A stretch of DNA of 64,000 bases from Chrysomallon squamiferum (GCA_012295275.1 CM022672.1:19096001-19160000); one strand, 5' to 3'. Numbered from the stretch's first letter, positions 1 through 17,241 are shown. The notes: a model not told the origin generated them from the letters alone. Program-made: numbers and translations.

Positions 1-435
1 TATACACTATTTAACACTATCTCACTCTGTTTACTGTTATTGACTTTTTATCAGTCTATCTCATCAGTCTATTTACTGTTATTCACTAAGCATAGCATCA
101 TCTCACAATATTTACTTTCATTTTACTTTTTATTGTGTTTAATTACACCTAACAGTTTCCTCCCATTATAGTGTCTCCGCAATCTACGACTGTCTTTTTA
201 TTTTTTAATTGTTTTTTATTTTAAGTTGTAAAACGAAAGCCTCTGAACGCGATATCACCAATCACGCCTTTTTATTATTATTTTTTCTGATAGCTTTTCT
301 CTCAACCGATAAAGAAATAAAATTAAGGGGAAAAAATAAAAAAAAAAAAAAAAAAAAAAAAACTGTTTTCTTCTTTCTTAATTTCCTGACAACGTCTGCC
401 CTCGGAGATTCTATTGACGAACTTATCACACTGCT

Positions 436-469
<34 letters not shown>

Positions 470-1740
470 ACGAAATTACATATCTCTGGTCAATTCAGGA
501 AATATTTCCCATAAAAGCTTTTTCTTTATGCCAAATCTGATGACAAAAGACCGATAACCTTCGTATTTAACTGCAATATTCAATTTCCTTGCGTCAATGA
601 TAAATGGCCAATAGCTAAGGTTAAATTCGCCATCACTCCCAAATTGCCACGAAAATCGGCGCGTAATCGACGTTCCTACTTTAATAAACCGCCAATGAAA
701 TTTCCTACAGTGCGATAAAAACCTCGAGACTTGTTCTCGAGAATATTGATGCGACTTTATCTGTTTAAACGGGCGTTTTGGCATATCCCTCGATGATCAA
801 CTTTGTACCTTTTTGTCACTCGGGCCTTAGGAAATTTCCTGGCAATTGTGGTGAAAATTATCGCCTTTCGCTCGAGTGATCGTCGAAACGACCTGGGGAT
901 AATGCCCGCGGGACCGAGAGGACGGAGTAAAAAGGACCCCAATCTTTTGGTAAATTACTATCAGCCATCAATAATTGAAAGACGAATGCGAGAATCGTTT
1001 CACACTGTCACTCTCTGCCTCTTATGCACGTGCCTTCTCACGCGCATCCGTTCCGTGTCAGAGTTAATCATTTGGCGCTTTGCCGCTTCATCACTGCAAG
1101 ATTGTTTGTTCCAAGCTGTAATTTTCTCTTCATTAGTATTCTGGATTATTTTAAAAATAAAAAAAAAAAAAAATATTTTTTTTTTTTTTTTTTTTCGTAT
1201 AACTTGTCAAGCGATAAAGGTTTTCGCGTAATAAACGAAACATATATTTCTGACATATATCTCTTGTAGAAAATTAATGACAGATTCAGTTTTAATAATA
1301 TTTGAATAAATTTAGTTTGAGATCGTTTAATTTCTGTTAATTCCGCTGCATCGATCGTTCATAATGAGCCCTGTATTACGTATCTCATCTTGTGTTGCGT
1401 TACTGTGTCTGAAAATCAAAAGTAAATTACACTGTTTAGGTTTAGGTTTACACGTAAAACATGCCTGCATGTAATGCTTTTTCTTTTTTTTCTTTTCTGT
1501 ATTAACTGTTAAATGAATTTGCTGATATTCATGTAAACTAATGCAGATGTTATAAAGTTTAAAAAAAAAAAAAAAAAAAAAAACGGTTTATATATATATA
1601 TATATATTTATATTACTAACATATTTTTATGATTATATTTATCATATTTGAATATTAGAATTATATTTTTATTTGTTTGTTTGTTTGTTTTATTTACTTA
1701 TTTACTTTTTTTTTTTTTTTTACTGTCGTATTGTTTTTGA

Positions 1741-1792
<52 letters not shown>

Positions 1793-2102
1793 TTTTTTAT
1801 TTTTTTTTTTTTATTTATTTATTTGTTTGTTTGTTTATATATTTACTTATTAATTAATTAATTGATTTTATTCATTCTATTTATATATTTTTTTTATTTT
1901 ATTAATTACTTTAATTTATTCTATTTATTTATATAATCTATTAAATAATTATTTTATTTGATTTTATTATTATTTTTTTGTTATTAATTAATAATTATTT
2001 TATTAATTTAATGTATTTTATTTAATTAATTATTTAATTAGAATTTGTTTATCTAATCGGTAATTTAATTAGTATTTACTTATTTACTCCTTCATTCATT
2101 TG

Positions 2103-2187
<85 letters not shown>

Positions 2188-2440
2188 TATTATTATTATA
2201 TTTTTTTCATTCTATATTATTTCATTTTATAATTTAACTCCGATGAATTAAGCTAAAGAAAAATTTTTATGGAGCCAGTATTACGTATATTTGGATTTCT
2301 GTGTTTTTTACATTTATTTCATTTAGTCTGTTTAGTCTGTTTAGTTTGCTAGATTTTCCTGTTTTTGGGTTTTCTTCTTTTTTGCTTGATTTCGATATTT
2401 CCATTCCTGTTTATTCCTTTCATTTTATCGCATTCCCCCC

Positions 2441-2471
<31 letters not shown>

Positions 2472-3015
2472 CATACATACATACATACATACATACATAC
2501 GTACGTAATACATACATACATACAAGCATTCATACATACATACATATATATATATATACATTCATATATACAAAGATACATGTATGCAAACATATATAAA
2601 TACGTATATATTTATATATTTATGTATATGAATGTGTATGTGTGTGTGAGTGTGTATCTATGTATTCTCCCATGCATTCTTTTTCTTCAGTCTACATATT
2701 AAATATTATTCTGCAGGTGTAGAAACTTAGAAAAGTAAAATTTTAAAATATTTATAGGTTTCCTCTGCTATTTTTGTTTTTTTAATCTTTTTTTTTTACT
2801 TTCATAGTTGCTTCTACGCTTATTTATTTATTTATTTATTTATTTGTTGTTGTTGTTTTTGTTGTTGTTTACTTGCATATTTATTTATTTATTTAATGTA
2901 TATTTCTTTCTTTCTTTCTTTGTTCACTTGCTTGCTTTTTTATTTATTTATTTGTTCGTTCGTTCGTTTGTTTGTTTGCTTGTTTATTTATTTATTTGTT
3001 TATTTATTTGTTTGT

Positions 3016-3058
<43 letters not shown>

Positions 3059-3843
3059 TTCGATTTCAGTCGCATTGTGTCAGTACATTTCACGAAATGT
3101 TATATTATCCGAATTGTTTTCGTTGAAAGTACGAAATTACTGTAACATATTACATTGTATTAGCTCGCTAGCAAACAGAGAGTGTGATATATCAAATATA
3201 AGTATACATTAACAGTATGTTTTATTACAGGTACGTATATGACTTACATATATACATAATTATTATTATTACTATTCGAAAATATGCTGAGTTTTATTTA
3301 TTTTACCTTTTGGGGGGGGTTGAAAGAACCAAAAAAAAAAATTATACATATGAAATAATAAAATTAAATATATATTTTTATTGCATTATTATAATTTTAA
3401 AATGTTCAAGAATTATTATTCACCAGCTGCTGGGGGAAAAAAAAAGATTAAAATTTAAATTTTATCTTTGTATGTTATTATTAAAATAAAAGAATATAAA
3501 TATTAAAATAAAATTTAAAATATAATTATAATTTTCAGATTACTTATAATAATATTATAATATATACAGAATAATACATTCTGTTATTTTATATCTCTTG
3601 ATGTTTGACTTATGTTTGACTTATAACTATTAATTTCTAATGCACTATAGATTTTGGGTGTAATATCTCAGAATTATTAAAATTTTTTATTATGATTTTT
3701 AATTCATACTTTAAAAAGTGATTTCCCGTTCTAACCAATGTCCAGTTTGGTTGCTGGGGAGGGTTCACTTTTTTTTTTTCTTTTCTTGTGTTTATTTTTA
3801 TTTTATTTTATTTTATTTCTTTGTTTGTTTGTTTGTTTGTTTG

Positions 3844-3908
<65 letters not shown>

Positions 3909-4337
3909 TGTTTAGTTGTTTTTTGTTTGTATTTTGTTGATATTTGTTTTGGGGGGGATTGGTAAATATATTTAATTATTAATATTATTGATGTTTTTTC
4001 TCTTTTTTTGTGTTTTGTTTTGTTTTATATTGTTTTTGATATGGTAAATATATATATATTTAAAAAAAAAAAAAAAAATTGTGTGCGTTTGTTGTTTTAT
4101 TTTTTGTGTTTTGTGAGGTTGTTGTTGTTGTTTTTTTTATGTTGGAGTGTGCGTGTGTGTGTTATGTGCGTATGTCATCATCCGATGTTTAAAAAATAAA
4201 ATAAAATAAAATAACAGTGACTGTATAATCTGAAACAGATACAAGACAAATACTTATATCTATTACTGAACAGTTTTTATTATCAGCGGGTTTCTTCTCT
4301 GAATATCATCATTCTCTTATGAATAAACATTTTAAGA

Positions 4338-4368
<31 letters not shown>

Positions 4369-5349
4369 GTCAAAAATGTCCAAAAAAAAAAAAAAAAAAA
4401 AAGGAAAAAAAAAAAAATCCTTCTCTTATTTATCAATCCACACAAACACTTTGTCTTATAACAGAAGAAAACATTTATGTACAACATTAATTAACATAAC
4501 TTGTATGTTTCTCTACATATAAACATAAAAACATTTAATACGACATTTGCGAAGCACAGGCTACAGGAGCAAACGAAATAGATTAAAAATGCAGCTAATA
4601 ATGAAAACGATGACACTGTTGTTAATAAATATGATAATGATGATAATGCTTTTAATTAGTACGAACTGATCATGACGATTATGATAAATGGCATTAATAT
4701 ATAATAACATGATGTACATGATATTGTTATTATTGAATATGAATTTGATAATGTTGATATATATATATATATGCGTGTGTGTGTGTGTGTGTATGTGTGT
4801 ACACTTATTTCCTTTGTATGTACGTATATATGTATATATATATATATGTATGTATGTATATACATATGTATGTATGTATGTGTGTATATATGTATGCATT
4901 ATGTATATATGTTTGTATATAGGCATGTATATATCTAGAATTAGGTAGATAGAAGACAGACAGACAGACAGACAGAGAAAGAAAGAAAGAACGAAAGGAA
5001 GGCATTCAGACAGATAGAGAAAAAAAAAACGAGAGAGAGAGAGAGAGACCAAAAAGAAAGAGAGGGAATTATACATATTATTATCATTCTCAATGGCACA
5101 ACGAATTGGTTATTCGGCTATATTAATAGCTATATGTCACGTTTATGTCGATCATTATCTTCGTGTGATGTGTTCAACATATAGTTTATTTTATTACCTG
5201 CATTGTACCTGTCAGGCAGACTGTTCAAGGCCATGTGTGTCACTTTACAGGTCTCATAAAATTAAACTTTATCATCATCTGTCAAACGGCGAGTAGACGG
5301 GGGATGCGTAGATTTGGAGAAAAAAAAGGATGATGAGGCTGAAGAGTTG

Positions 5350-5567
5350 GGGGCTGTAGTCGTAGTCGTAGTAGTAATATTAATGATAGTCGTGGTAGTG
5401 GTGGTGGTTGTGGTGGTAATAGTTTGAATAGTAGCAGTAGTAGTAGAAGCCAAAGTAATAAAAGTAATAATAGTAATAGTAACAGTAGCAGCTGCAGGGG
5501 TAGTAGTAGTAGTAGTAATAGTGTTTCTATAGTGATAGTAACAGTAATAAAATATTAGTAAGAGTGA

Positions 5568-5598
<31 letters not shown>

Positions 5599-5788
5599 GG
5601 TAGTTACAGCACTGGTGATTGGAGTAGTATTAATGGTAGTAGTAGTAACAATAACATTCATAATAATAATAATGATAAATACAGTATTGCTGTCATAATC
5701 ATTAATATATACAAAACAGTATATGCCATTACATTATAATAAAACTACGTTTATTAGAATTATTATTATTATTATTAAGTTTTATTGA

Positions 5789-5875
<87 letters not shown>

Positions 5876-5990
5876 CAATAGTAGTAATGGCAACAATAAA
5901 CAGTAGAAACAGTAGCAGTAATACTATTAGTAGGAGATGTAGTTGTAATTCCAATAGTAACAATACAGCGGCAGTTGTAGTGTTGATGTT
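5350..5990. repeat. Degenerate (TAG)n/(TAT)n trinucleotide tract
   Basis: Pure (GTA)n at 5821-5875 within decayed flanks; similar tracts at about 9910-10405, 14375-14960, 27070-27300 and 28045-28210. Confidence 0.9.
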
Positions 5991-8115
5991 TTTATTATTA
6001 TTAAATCTTTAACAAATTTGCTGTTTGTGTAAATGAAAAAGTGAACGATTTAAATCACCTAAATCTTCGTCGACAATTCACAAATTGTAGCAGACAGTTA
6101 AACAACTGTATTTGTAGTTTAGTTTAACAAAATAACACATGCTTTTCCTTACCTTTGCGCTGTTTCATTATTGCTTATTTAAAAGCGGTATTTGTGTTTA
6201 CACACACATACACACACACATATATATATATATATACATACACACACACACACACACACACACAGTAATATATATCAATAAAGCATTTCAACAACCTATG
6301 TATGTATTATATGTGCTATATTAAAAACTCTACGTAAGTCATGCTAATAATAACAGCAGCATTAACAAGAAGAAAACGAAGAAGAAGAAGACAGAAGAAG
6401 AAGGAGGAGAAGAAGAAGAAGAAGATGAAAAAAAGAAGATAATTACGATTTTGACGATCATGGTTGGATGATGAACATGATCATATCTGTGTTAATTACA
6501 CGAACGCCAATCTAATCATCATCAACATCAGTTGTAAATAAACAAATAACACACTGGTAATTATTTATTCATTACATTTTTTTTTTTTTTTTTTTTTTTT
6601 TATATATATATATATTTTACACGCTTATTTTCTTACCAAAAAAAAAAAAAAAAATAAAAAATAAAAAAATAAAAATATCAACTTCAAAAAGATAAACCCC
6701 GCCGAAGTCATTTTGTTGACAACAAACAACTATATTTGTAATTAGCTCGGGCTGTTTCGGTTAATTTCGTATAAATTAAAAACACATCGGACAGACTGCG
6801 GCTCTCTCAATTTCTTTTTCAAAAAGATGAAACGAGCCCGGGGAGCCGGTTTATCTACGAAATGCGCGCCTCGACTTATCAAATAAGTGTGGATATAACG
6901 GACAAAAATACGAGTTCGGGATTGAAGATTTATGAGAATTCTGATTGGTCATTAAGAACGAGACTTTATCCTGCGACGGCGCGATCGAGTTAAATATGGC
7001 TGACGCCGGAACCCGCGGCGAAAGAAATTGAACCGAGAGCTGTTGCAGTGGAAAAACTCGCAATCAAATGAAAATATCTCTTTTACGTATCAGCTTCTTT
7101 CATCACGGGGAGAAACAGAGCGATACAGGATCGTTATTGCTGGTGTGTTCACATTTGCTGTTTCCAACTCGTGACAAATCACTATCTGCATTAGTCGGGA
7201 CTGTTTAACGTTCCACAATCTTTGAAGGTTTCTTTTTGAAAATATATATATAAAAAAAAAAAAAAATTAAAAAAATTAAAAAATAAAATAAAAAGACAGA
7301 CAAGAAAATGAAAAAAAAAAAAAAAAAAACCCGTTTACTGTGAACTTAACGAATTAAGTGTAAATGGCGGCGCACTGGAATTTTTCACGGAAACTAATAG
7401 TCTGTGTAATGATCATAAAAATGACTAATGGCAGACATATAATTTACTGCTTAAATTACGTTTTTATTTCTCACTCTGTGAGGTGCCGGTGTTTTGACTT
7501 ATACTGTCGGGCTGCTTGGTCTTTTCTTTTTTTTTTTTTCGGGCATTTTTAGGATCGACACGCGTTGGCGAACCTTAAAATTGTTTTTCTTTCATTTATT
7601 TTATTTTTATTTTTTGTTATCATCGTCATTATCGTTGTTTTGTTTGTTTGTTTGTTTGTTTTTTTTTTCCTTTTTTGTTGTTGTTATTATTGCTTCTACA
7701 GTACTAGTATTATACTACTTCTATCCTACAACAACTACTACCACTACCAGCAACCAGTCTAACTATCACTACTTCTACTACCACTATTACTATCTCTACC
7801 ACCGCCACCATCATTCACTAGTACTACTGCTAATCTACCACCATTGCTATTAACTACAATTTTAGCTACTATTATTACAGCTTCTGTTATTATTATTATT
7901 ATAATTAGAATTGTTAATGTCACACGTCACTTTAAGGACGAGTCTGTCACTTGTAAAACAATAACCTCTTCAGCAGCGAGTTGTTCTCAAGGAGATAATG
8001 CTATCAGAATTTAAAACAGATCGATCAGGCAGCTGTGAAAATAATGACATCTCCCCATGATACACATAACCACAATCAGCAGTATCTCTCTGTCTGGATC
8101 TTCTTCGTCCTCATT

Positions 8116-8524
<409 letters not shown>

Positions 8525-8988
8525 CATCTAAAAATGGAAAAAGGAAGCGATAATTAAGCCTAATATTGGAAGTAATTAAAACAAACACGTAAACAAACAA
8601 TAAACAACAACAAAATACCACGAAAATTCCTATTATAACGAAAAACAGAAACAAGAAGAAAGAAAGAAAGAAAGAAAGAAAAGAAAAAAAGAGGCACGAC
8701 CTGTTCAGAGTTTAGAGTTTCACCCAAGTATTTTGTCGTAAACATCATGTTTGAAGCGTGTGATTTCAAGCGTGTTATTACTACATTGACGAGTAAGTGT
8801 TGATTAACTCCTCCGAGGCTCTACTGAAACCTAAACAGGCGTGGAAGAAATATGTGGCAATCAGAGTTTCATCAGGTTACCAGTGTGTAAGCTTACTTGA
8901 TTCGTAGTCTTTACACTGGTTTTTATTTGTACTGGGATAAACATATCTCTGTCTCTCTGTCTTTGTTTCTCTCTCTGACTCTCTCTCG

Positions 8989-9057
<69 letters not shown>

Positions 9058-9174
9058 GCACGCACACACACACACACACCGATAGAGTTTTAGTTTCAAT
9101 ATGTGCTTTAGTAGATATATTTATTTATGTGTGTGCGTTTAAGTGAGAGCGACAGTCCATCAGTCTGCTTTTCT

Positions 9175-9227
<53 letters not shown>

Positions 9228-12200
9228 TGTGTGTGCGTGTGTAAAGAAGATGTTTACCCCAGTACAAATAAAAACAAGTGAACTTACCCACTGGTAACCT
9301 AAAGAAAACCTGCCTGCCACATCTCTTTGCACGCCTCAATCAGGCCTCGGAGAAGTTTATCAACACTGACTCGTCAATGTTTAACCAAAACACCTATAAA
9401 ACTCATTCACACAAAAAAATAAACACTTGCACTCGCAATTACCCAGTTAAAGAAATATTGACTCAACACCGAAGCGATCCATATGTCCATTCATCCATGC
9501 ATCTTTCAAAGTCATCTAGTGCATTTTGTATACATTCCTAAATACATACATACATTCATATATAGGTACACACATTCATATATACATACATACATGCATA
9601 CATGCATACATACATATACACACACACACACATACATACATACAAACATACATACATGGATACACGTATACGTACACAGATACATACGTACATAAAACAG
9701 CCCATAACTGATTTAGAAATGTTGTTATGTATTCAGATCTCACAACTATCTGCTTTCAACAAAATTACCGCTGTTACTGCCACCAATCAATCAATCACAC
9801 ATTTTGTGTGTGCGTCCATATTGAAAATTCAAACTCGTCTCCTGAGGAAATAAAAATAATGGAGACTGGATCGTTTACCTAGAGCATTAATAACTATTTA
9901 AAATTAATACTACAACAGCGGTAACTACTACAACTACCGTAACAAGTACTGTAACTAATACCACAGCAACAGTAACTACTACTCCTGTTGTAACTACCGT
10001 TAATAGTGGTAGCAAGAATAACCGTTACTGCAGTTGCTACTACTACAACTACAACTGCTGCTGCCGCTAATAGTAATACTATTCTTAAACTGTTTTTTCT
10101 ATTACAGCTACGATGGTATTAGTAGTTATGTTAGTAGTAATAATAACAAGAACAGTAGCAGTAATAGAAATAAAAGTAGTAGGCAGATGAGTAAGTAAGT
10201 AATAATTATAATAAACATTGTAGGAGTAGTAGTAGTAAGTAGTAGCAGTAATAATAATAATAAATAGTAGTAGTGTAGGTAGTAGTAGTAGTAATAGCCA
10301 ATATTGTAGGAGGAGTAGTAGTAGTAGTAGTAGCAGTAGTAGTAGTACTAGCAGTAGCAGTAGTAGTAGTAGTAGTAGTAGTAATACTGGTAGTGGTAGT
10401 AGTAATAGACCGACATGTATTAGAAATTTTATCTACCTTATCTAAATGTCTGTCTGTGTTTTCAGATACTATGGAATACAGAGAAAACAGACTCAGAGAA
10501 CACTGACAATAAAATTATATGCAGCTGTCAGAAACATTAAATTATAATTTCTTAAGTTTAAGAATATTTGTGTAGTCTGTCTATAAATTATTTGTCCTTT
10601 TTTTTTTTTTTTTTTACCTCAGGTCCAAAAAAAAACCATGTTTTTATTTTTTATTTCATTTTATTTTATTTTATTTTTTTCTGTTTAACACGAACGAAAT
10701 AGCTTGCAGCTGATTAAAAATCAATTTATTTTAAAACCGTCTTTACGCATTTACCTACGATCTCGGGCCATAACCTTTTTAGTACCTCTTTTCATAAATT
10801 TCATCTTCAGCTAATGTTATTATGCAGCCACTTTAATGTAAATAAAATCAGACAGCCTCAAAAATCACCTGCATGCTAAAACCATAAAATGTCTGGAAAA
10901 AAAACACACAAACAAAAAAAACAACAACGCTGATTTAATACAGATATTCTCTGCTACGTGAGCGATAAACTGCGACGTTGTCAGTTGTAGTTTTGGTCGT
11001 GCAACGACGAACAACGAAGTTTGGTTACAACAAGGGCGCTTCTACATTATTTGCTGGAAGAGGGCCATTTTATTATTATTTTTTTTTTAAAAGGGGTGAA
11101 CTACACATACACATATACCTTACATCCAAATTACAAAAAAAAAAAAAATAATGAAAAAAATGTACGTCAAAGACCAAAAATAAATAAATAATAAGATGAC
11201 AATATGTAAGCTGGCCATTTAAAGCATTAACATGAATAAGAAGTGATGAGGTAAATAGTTAATAAGTAGCTTCTGAGACGTATCAAGGCGTTGACATACT
11301 GACCAGTTTTATGCTCTATATCTATCCATGTAATTTATTGATTTGGTATATAGGTATGTTTTTAGTGGTTGTGTATACAGGGGCCTAAGTGCATTGCTCT
11401 GGGGATGTATATTGTTATTAAAATTGCCATAAGTAGTAAATATAGTTAGGTTATAAATACTATACCACATGATACTATGTCATACCTTTTTCTATGACAT
11501 CTGAATTCGTTTATCAAAGGTTTTTGGTATATACAGACCTAACTATGGGAAGGTTCGTAAAAAATATTTTTTTTTTTTTTTTTTTTGCTAAGTGAAAAAA
11601 TGAGTAGCCCACTATTAGATGGCAGTGTCCTTTCTTTTCTCATTATCTGAATGCTGTATAACACAAAACGTATATGGAAGATTTAAAATGTTTTGTATGT
11701 GTAGTTAAACAAAAGCATTTATTCAACGATACCAACGCAAACGTAGAATTGTTAAATATGTAACAGTGTATGACATGGCATAAAGCGATTCCAGTGATAT
11801 ACATAATATAATTTTCCCCATGAAATAAAACCTAACACTTTACACTATGTTAATAACAAAAGCTAACATTTCATGTAATATTAATAAGAGAGAGAGAGAA
11901 AAAAAAGAAAAAAAGTAATGCCAGTGCAATAACGTATCGTTACAAATACTATAAAACACTCTTACATCTTTGTATTGCTTCGCCCTAGGTTAATAATAAT
12001 TTAATTTAAAACGACTGACATGTACGCAATACATGAAAAGGTGTCGGCGGTTTTAATGCATAAAGGGGGGTAATTCAATCCCACGCATAAACTAGATGTC
12101 GTTTTGATACAGGCGGATAAAAGCTGTTCGGAATAGGTTATTAGATAAGTGCATAACTATCTTCTTTTTTAAAATTTAAAAAAAAAAAAAAAAAAAAATT

Positions 12201-12683
12201 TTTTTTTTCTCCTAAATCTCTCTGCACTTTTTTTTTTTTTTTTTTTTTTAAAATTTTTTTTTTAAAATTATTTTTCTTTTTAACTTTATTAAATAGCGTT
12301 TCATTCAACTTCTCCATTTACATGCAAGTTTACAACTTGACACCTGTGCGAAGGTGTGCTACCTACCGATCGTAGATGTTCGTCTCTTCGGCTGTGACAT
12401 TCGTCGTACGTACGATCGGACCGTGAATTCAATTTACGCCTTGATCAGTGTGGGAAGCTCACTCTGCGAGGTCGCCGGGTGCTGCCAGCTGCAAGTTGGT
12501 CGCACAAATCACTCGCCAGACAATGAGCTCGTTTCAGACCACGTAAGCTGCACATTCTTAAACTTGCCGTCCCCCTCTTTACACAAATTCATGAATTTTA
12601 ACCTCTGATTTCAATTCACTTTCCACGCTGACATTTTTACCTTTTCTCTCTCTCTCTCTCTCTCGCTCTCTCTGTCTTCTGAT

Positions 12684-12719
<36 letters not shown>

Positions 12720-13395
12720 CGTTAAATATAAACTATAATTTATTATTATTATTATTATTATTTAAAAATGATTATTATTTATGTCCGTCATCGAAGACGC
12801 GAGTTTTTTGATTTAGTGGAGCCCGAAAGGTCAGCCTATAATTTAATAACATTATTTAAGAAAAGAATATTTTCTGAATTAATGTTATAATAAATATCAT
12901 TTAATATGATTTAAGCCGATTTACACTGAACAAGAATCCAGTATATAATTTTTTTTATTATTATTTATTTATTATTTTTTTTTTATTCAGTTTCCATTCC
13001 CCTTTCCTTAGTAATACACTTTTAAAACATTTTACTGATAGGAATAGACTTCCAGGCGAAAAAGCGTATTGGTTGCTGTTATAAATTTGAAATGTAATAT
13101 TTTACACCAGCAATTTAGAAACAAATTAACTAAGTTAACTTTATTTAAATGCCTGAAATACGAAATTTGACATTTAAAGAGATTTAAGATTTTAAAATTG
13201 TAACTTTATTACATTACTCAAGTGCAGATGTTAACGTAGATCATTGAATCGTGATCTCTCCCCCCTCGTCATTCTGTTTTTTCTGTGTACGCAGTGCCCC
13301 ACCTCAGTACGTGTTTTATGGTTTGCAAAATTATCAGACAATTTACTGTTTAACATAACAAGTAAATCAGCCAGTCAGCCTGAAATACAGATAAA

Positions 13396-13742
<347 letters not shown>

Positions 13743-14374
13743 AGAGATCAAGTATATGAAAAGGAAAGGAGGCGAGAGAGGGAGGGTGAAATTCAGAACG
13801 AGAAAGTAGGAGAGAGACATCAAAATCGAAAGAGTGAGAGAGATCGAAATAGACAGATAGACAGAGAGATAAAGAGAGATACTGAGAGACAGATAATGTT
13901 AATGAGAGAAAGAGACAGACAGAGTCACACAGTCTGAGATTGAGAGAGAGGAGAGACAGGTAGACAGATAGAGAGACACACACACTGAGAAACTGAGAAA
14001 TACAGGGTCACAGAAAAACACAGAGAGAGCAGAGGTCCATAGACAGATACACACATACATACAAAAATACACACACACACATACAAAAAATACATACATA
14101 CATACATACATACATACATACATACATACATACATACATACATACATACATCCGTCCATCTGTGTGTGTATTTTTAAAACAATTATTTAAATAAACGATA
14201 GCGATTCCCATATGTTAGTATATAAAATATTAAATATAACGTAACACTATATAAATGGTTTATTAAGAAAATAAGGACGAGAAGCGATAATACCAATACT
14301 GCTGTTATCATTTTTAATTATTATATTTATTACTGTCATAAGTGATCCAATTACGACTTTCGATTTTATATTAG

Positions 14375-14385
14375 CAACAGTAGTT

Positions 14386-14440
<55 letters not shown>

Positions 14441-14441
14441 C

Positions 14442-14493
<52 letters not shown>

Positions 14494-14960
14494 TAGTAGT
14501 AGTAGTAGTAATAGAAGCATCTTATTCTCGGACTATCTCCGTATATAGTAGTACTAGTAATCGAATTAATAGTAGTAATAGTAATAGTTGTAGAAATAGT
14601 TGGTAATATTAGTAGAGGTATTAGTAGTACCAATAGAAGCAGTAGCTGTAATAGTAATAATGGTAGAAGTAACACAAGTAGTAGTAATTATAGAAGTAAC
14701 AGGAGCATACGTTTTGTAGGAGTGGTTATTGTAACAATAATAGCAACAGTAGTAGATGTAGTAGGAATAGTAGCAATTGTTATAGTACAGTAGTTGTAGT
14801 AGTAGCAATGATAGTAAAAGTGGTAGCAGTAAATGTTGTAGGTGTAGTAGTTGTAATAAAACTAGCAATAATAGTAAGAATAGTAATAGAAGTAGTAGGA
14901 ACAGTAGTAGGATATGATTATAGTAGCAATAATGGTAATTGTTGTTTTTGTTGTTGTAGA
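14375..14960. repeat. (TAG)n microsatellite with decayed extension
   Basis: Directly visible. Confidence 0.92.
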
Positions 14961-15329
14961 GCAGCACTAGCATCACTAAACTTTGTTTATAATGATGATA
15001 ATCGTGTTTCTATTTTATTTTATTTTTCCACTATTAATCTGTTTACAGACCTCGTGAACATGCATTTAAAATCGCCGAATGTGGATTGGACAAAGTGGGA
15101 GAAGAAACGGATACTTTAAAAATACGTGAAATAAAACGAAAAGGAACGAGAACATTTTAAAGACAATTCTAGACACACCCAACATCATCCAACCACGCAC
15201 ACAAGTTTAAATCTACATCTCTCGCAGACCTTTTTATTTACCATTATCACTGTTTTGCACAATCTTTTTGTGAACATTCTGATTACTGAATTCCCACAAA
15301 CGGAAATTTTTAAATTTTAAATTTCTATA

Positions 15330-15378
<49 letters not shown>

Positions 15379-15863
15379 TTTTTTTTTTTATCCGACTTGT
15401 AATTATAAATGTACTAATTATGAATAATGCATATTATACAGTTTCGTTCCTCGTTCTGTCTAATCCCCGTTATTGACCACAAAACGACCCGATGGTTTGA
15501 AAAATATACACGACCTGTGACTGTTGTTGTGTGTTTACTGCATTCAGTTATGTAACAGCGACAGTGACACGACATTTGGTGATATTCTAAAAGTCCAATT
15601 TGAAATCCAGTAATCTCCATCATCAGCGAAAATGACAATTTGAAACAAAATTATATGAAAACGCGCGATTATTAAATCATTGTTTTAAACATGCGGAACA
15701 ACCCACATATATAAATACCACGCGAACACACCCACAGATACACGCACGTATGCATAAACGTGCACACACCCATACCCATATATAGTTTTAAATTTATATG
15801 ATAATTTAAAAGACAAATAATAACCATTATGTAACACGTAATCAGATCTATGTTGTATGTATA

Positions 15864-15947
<84 letters not shown>

Positions 15948-16424
15948 CAAAGACATATAAATACGTGTGTGAAATTACTTTTACATACATACACACGTAC
16001 AAAATACATATATACAAATACATATAAATACATAAATACATACTGTGAAATGACTATACATACATACGTACGTACATACATACATACATACATACATACA
16101 TACGTACATATATACATGCAAACATACGTACATACATACATACATAAATACATATACACACATACATACAGGTATATACTCATACATACATACATGCGTG
16201 CATAAATACATACATACATACATATACATTATATATATATATAATGCTTGAGGTTGTGTTACTTTTTTTGATGTTCATCCGGAATCTAGTCGTAGTATAT
16301 TACATTATTAATTTTAACTTAAAACTAAGCAGTAAACACGATACAGGTATTTTCCCTTCAGTTCATATCAACCAGTGGATACGTTAGAGACACAAAACAA
16401 ACAATGTTATACCATTTAATTCAT

Positions 16425-17040
16425 AAAACTATTACAAGTCTTTAAAACTATTACAAGTCGTTAAAACTATTACAAGTCTTTAAAACTATTACAAGTTTTT
16501 AAAACTTAGATTTCTTATAACTATTACCTCTTAAAAACTCTTTTATGTTTTTTCAGCTATTACAAATCATTAAATCTATAGTGTGTCTTTAAACTATTAA
16601 AAGGGTTTAAACATATTACAGGAATTTACATTTGATGCGCATATTAAACAATGCAATAGTAAATTATTACAGGAATTTAAAGCTATAGCAAGTCTTTAAA
16701 ACTATTACATTTCTGTAGCACTGAGACAGGTCTTCGAAACTATTATATATTTTAATAGTTACAAGTCTTAACATATATATTTTAATAATTACAAGTCTTA
16801 ACATATATATTTTAATAGTTACAAGTCTTAACATATATATTTTAATAGTTACAAGTCTTTAAAATTATTACAAGTCTTTAACATTGTTAGATAGTTTTAT
16901 AACTATTAAGTCTTTGTAACTACAACGTGTCATTAAAACTATTACAAGTCTTTAAAACCAGTATTTACTGTATGTGATTAAAACTATTACAAGTCTTTAA
17001 AACCAGTATTTACTGTATGTGATTAAAACTATTGCAGGCC
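16425..17040. repeat. Minisatellite built on AAAACTATTACAAGTCTTT (20-bp core, with 30-bp and 44-bp higher-order variants)
   Basis: Core repeated at 20-bp period from 16425; four 30-bp units 16741-16860; two 44-bp units 16935-17030. Confidence 0.9.
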
Positions 17041-17202
17041 CATAAACTGATTTTATTTGTTATCTATCTGTTTACCTATCTGTCTGTCTGTCTGCCTGTC
17101 TGTCTGTGTCTATCCATCCGTCTGTCCATCTATTTATTTATTTATTTGTTTATTTATGTGTTTGTTTGTTTGTTTGTTTGTTTTATTTATGTGTTTGTTT
17201 GT

Positions 17203-17241
<39 letters not shown>

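Noticed and set aside
476-1231. Overlapping 60-140-aa ORFs in the first unique island
   Set aside because: No recognisable homology or consistent splice signals; treated as a non-coding island.
11270-11430. Possible SINE 3' tail remnant
   Set aside because: Resemblance too weak to support without a repeat library search.
16425-17040. CRISPR-like appearance of short direct repeats (also 33111-33437 and 61585-61822)
   Set aside because: No unique spacers, no cas genes, eukaryotic context; ordinary minisatellites.
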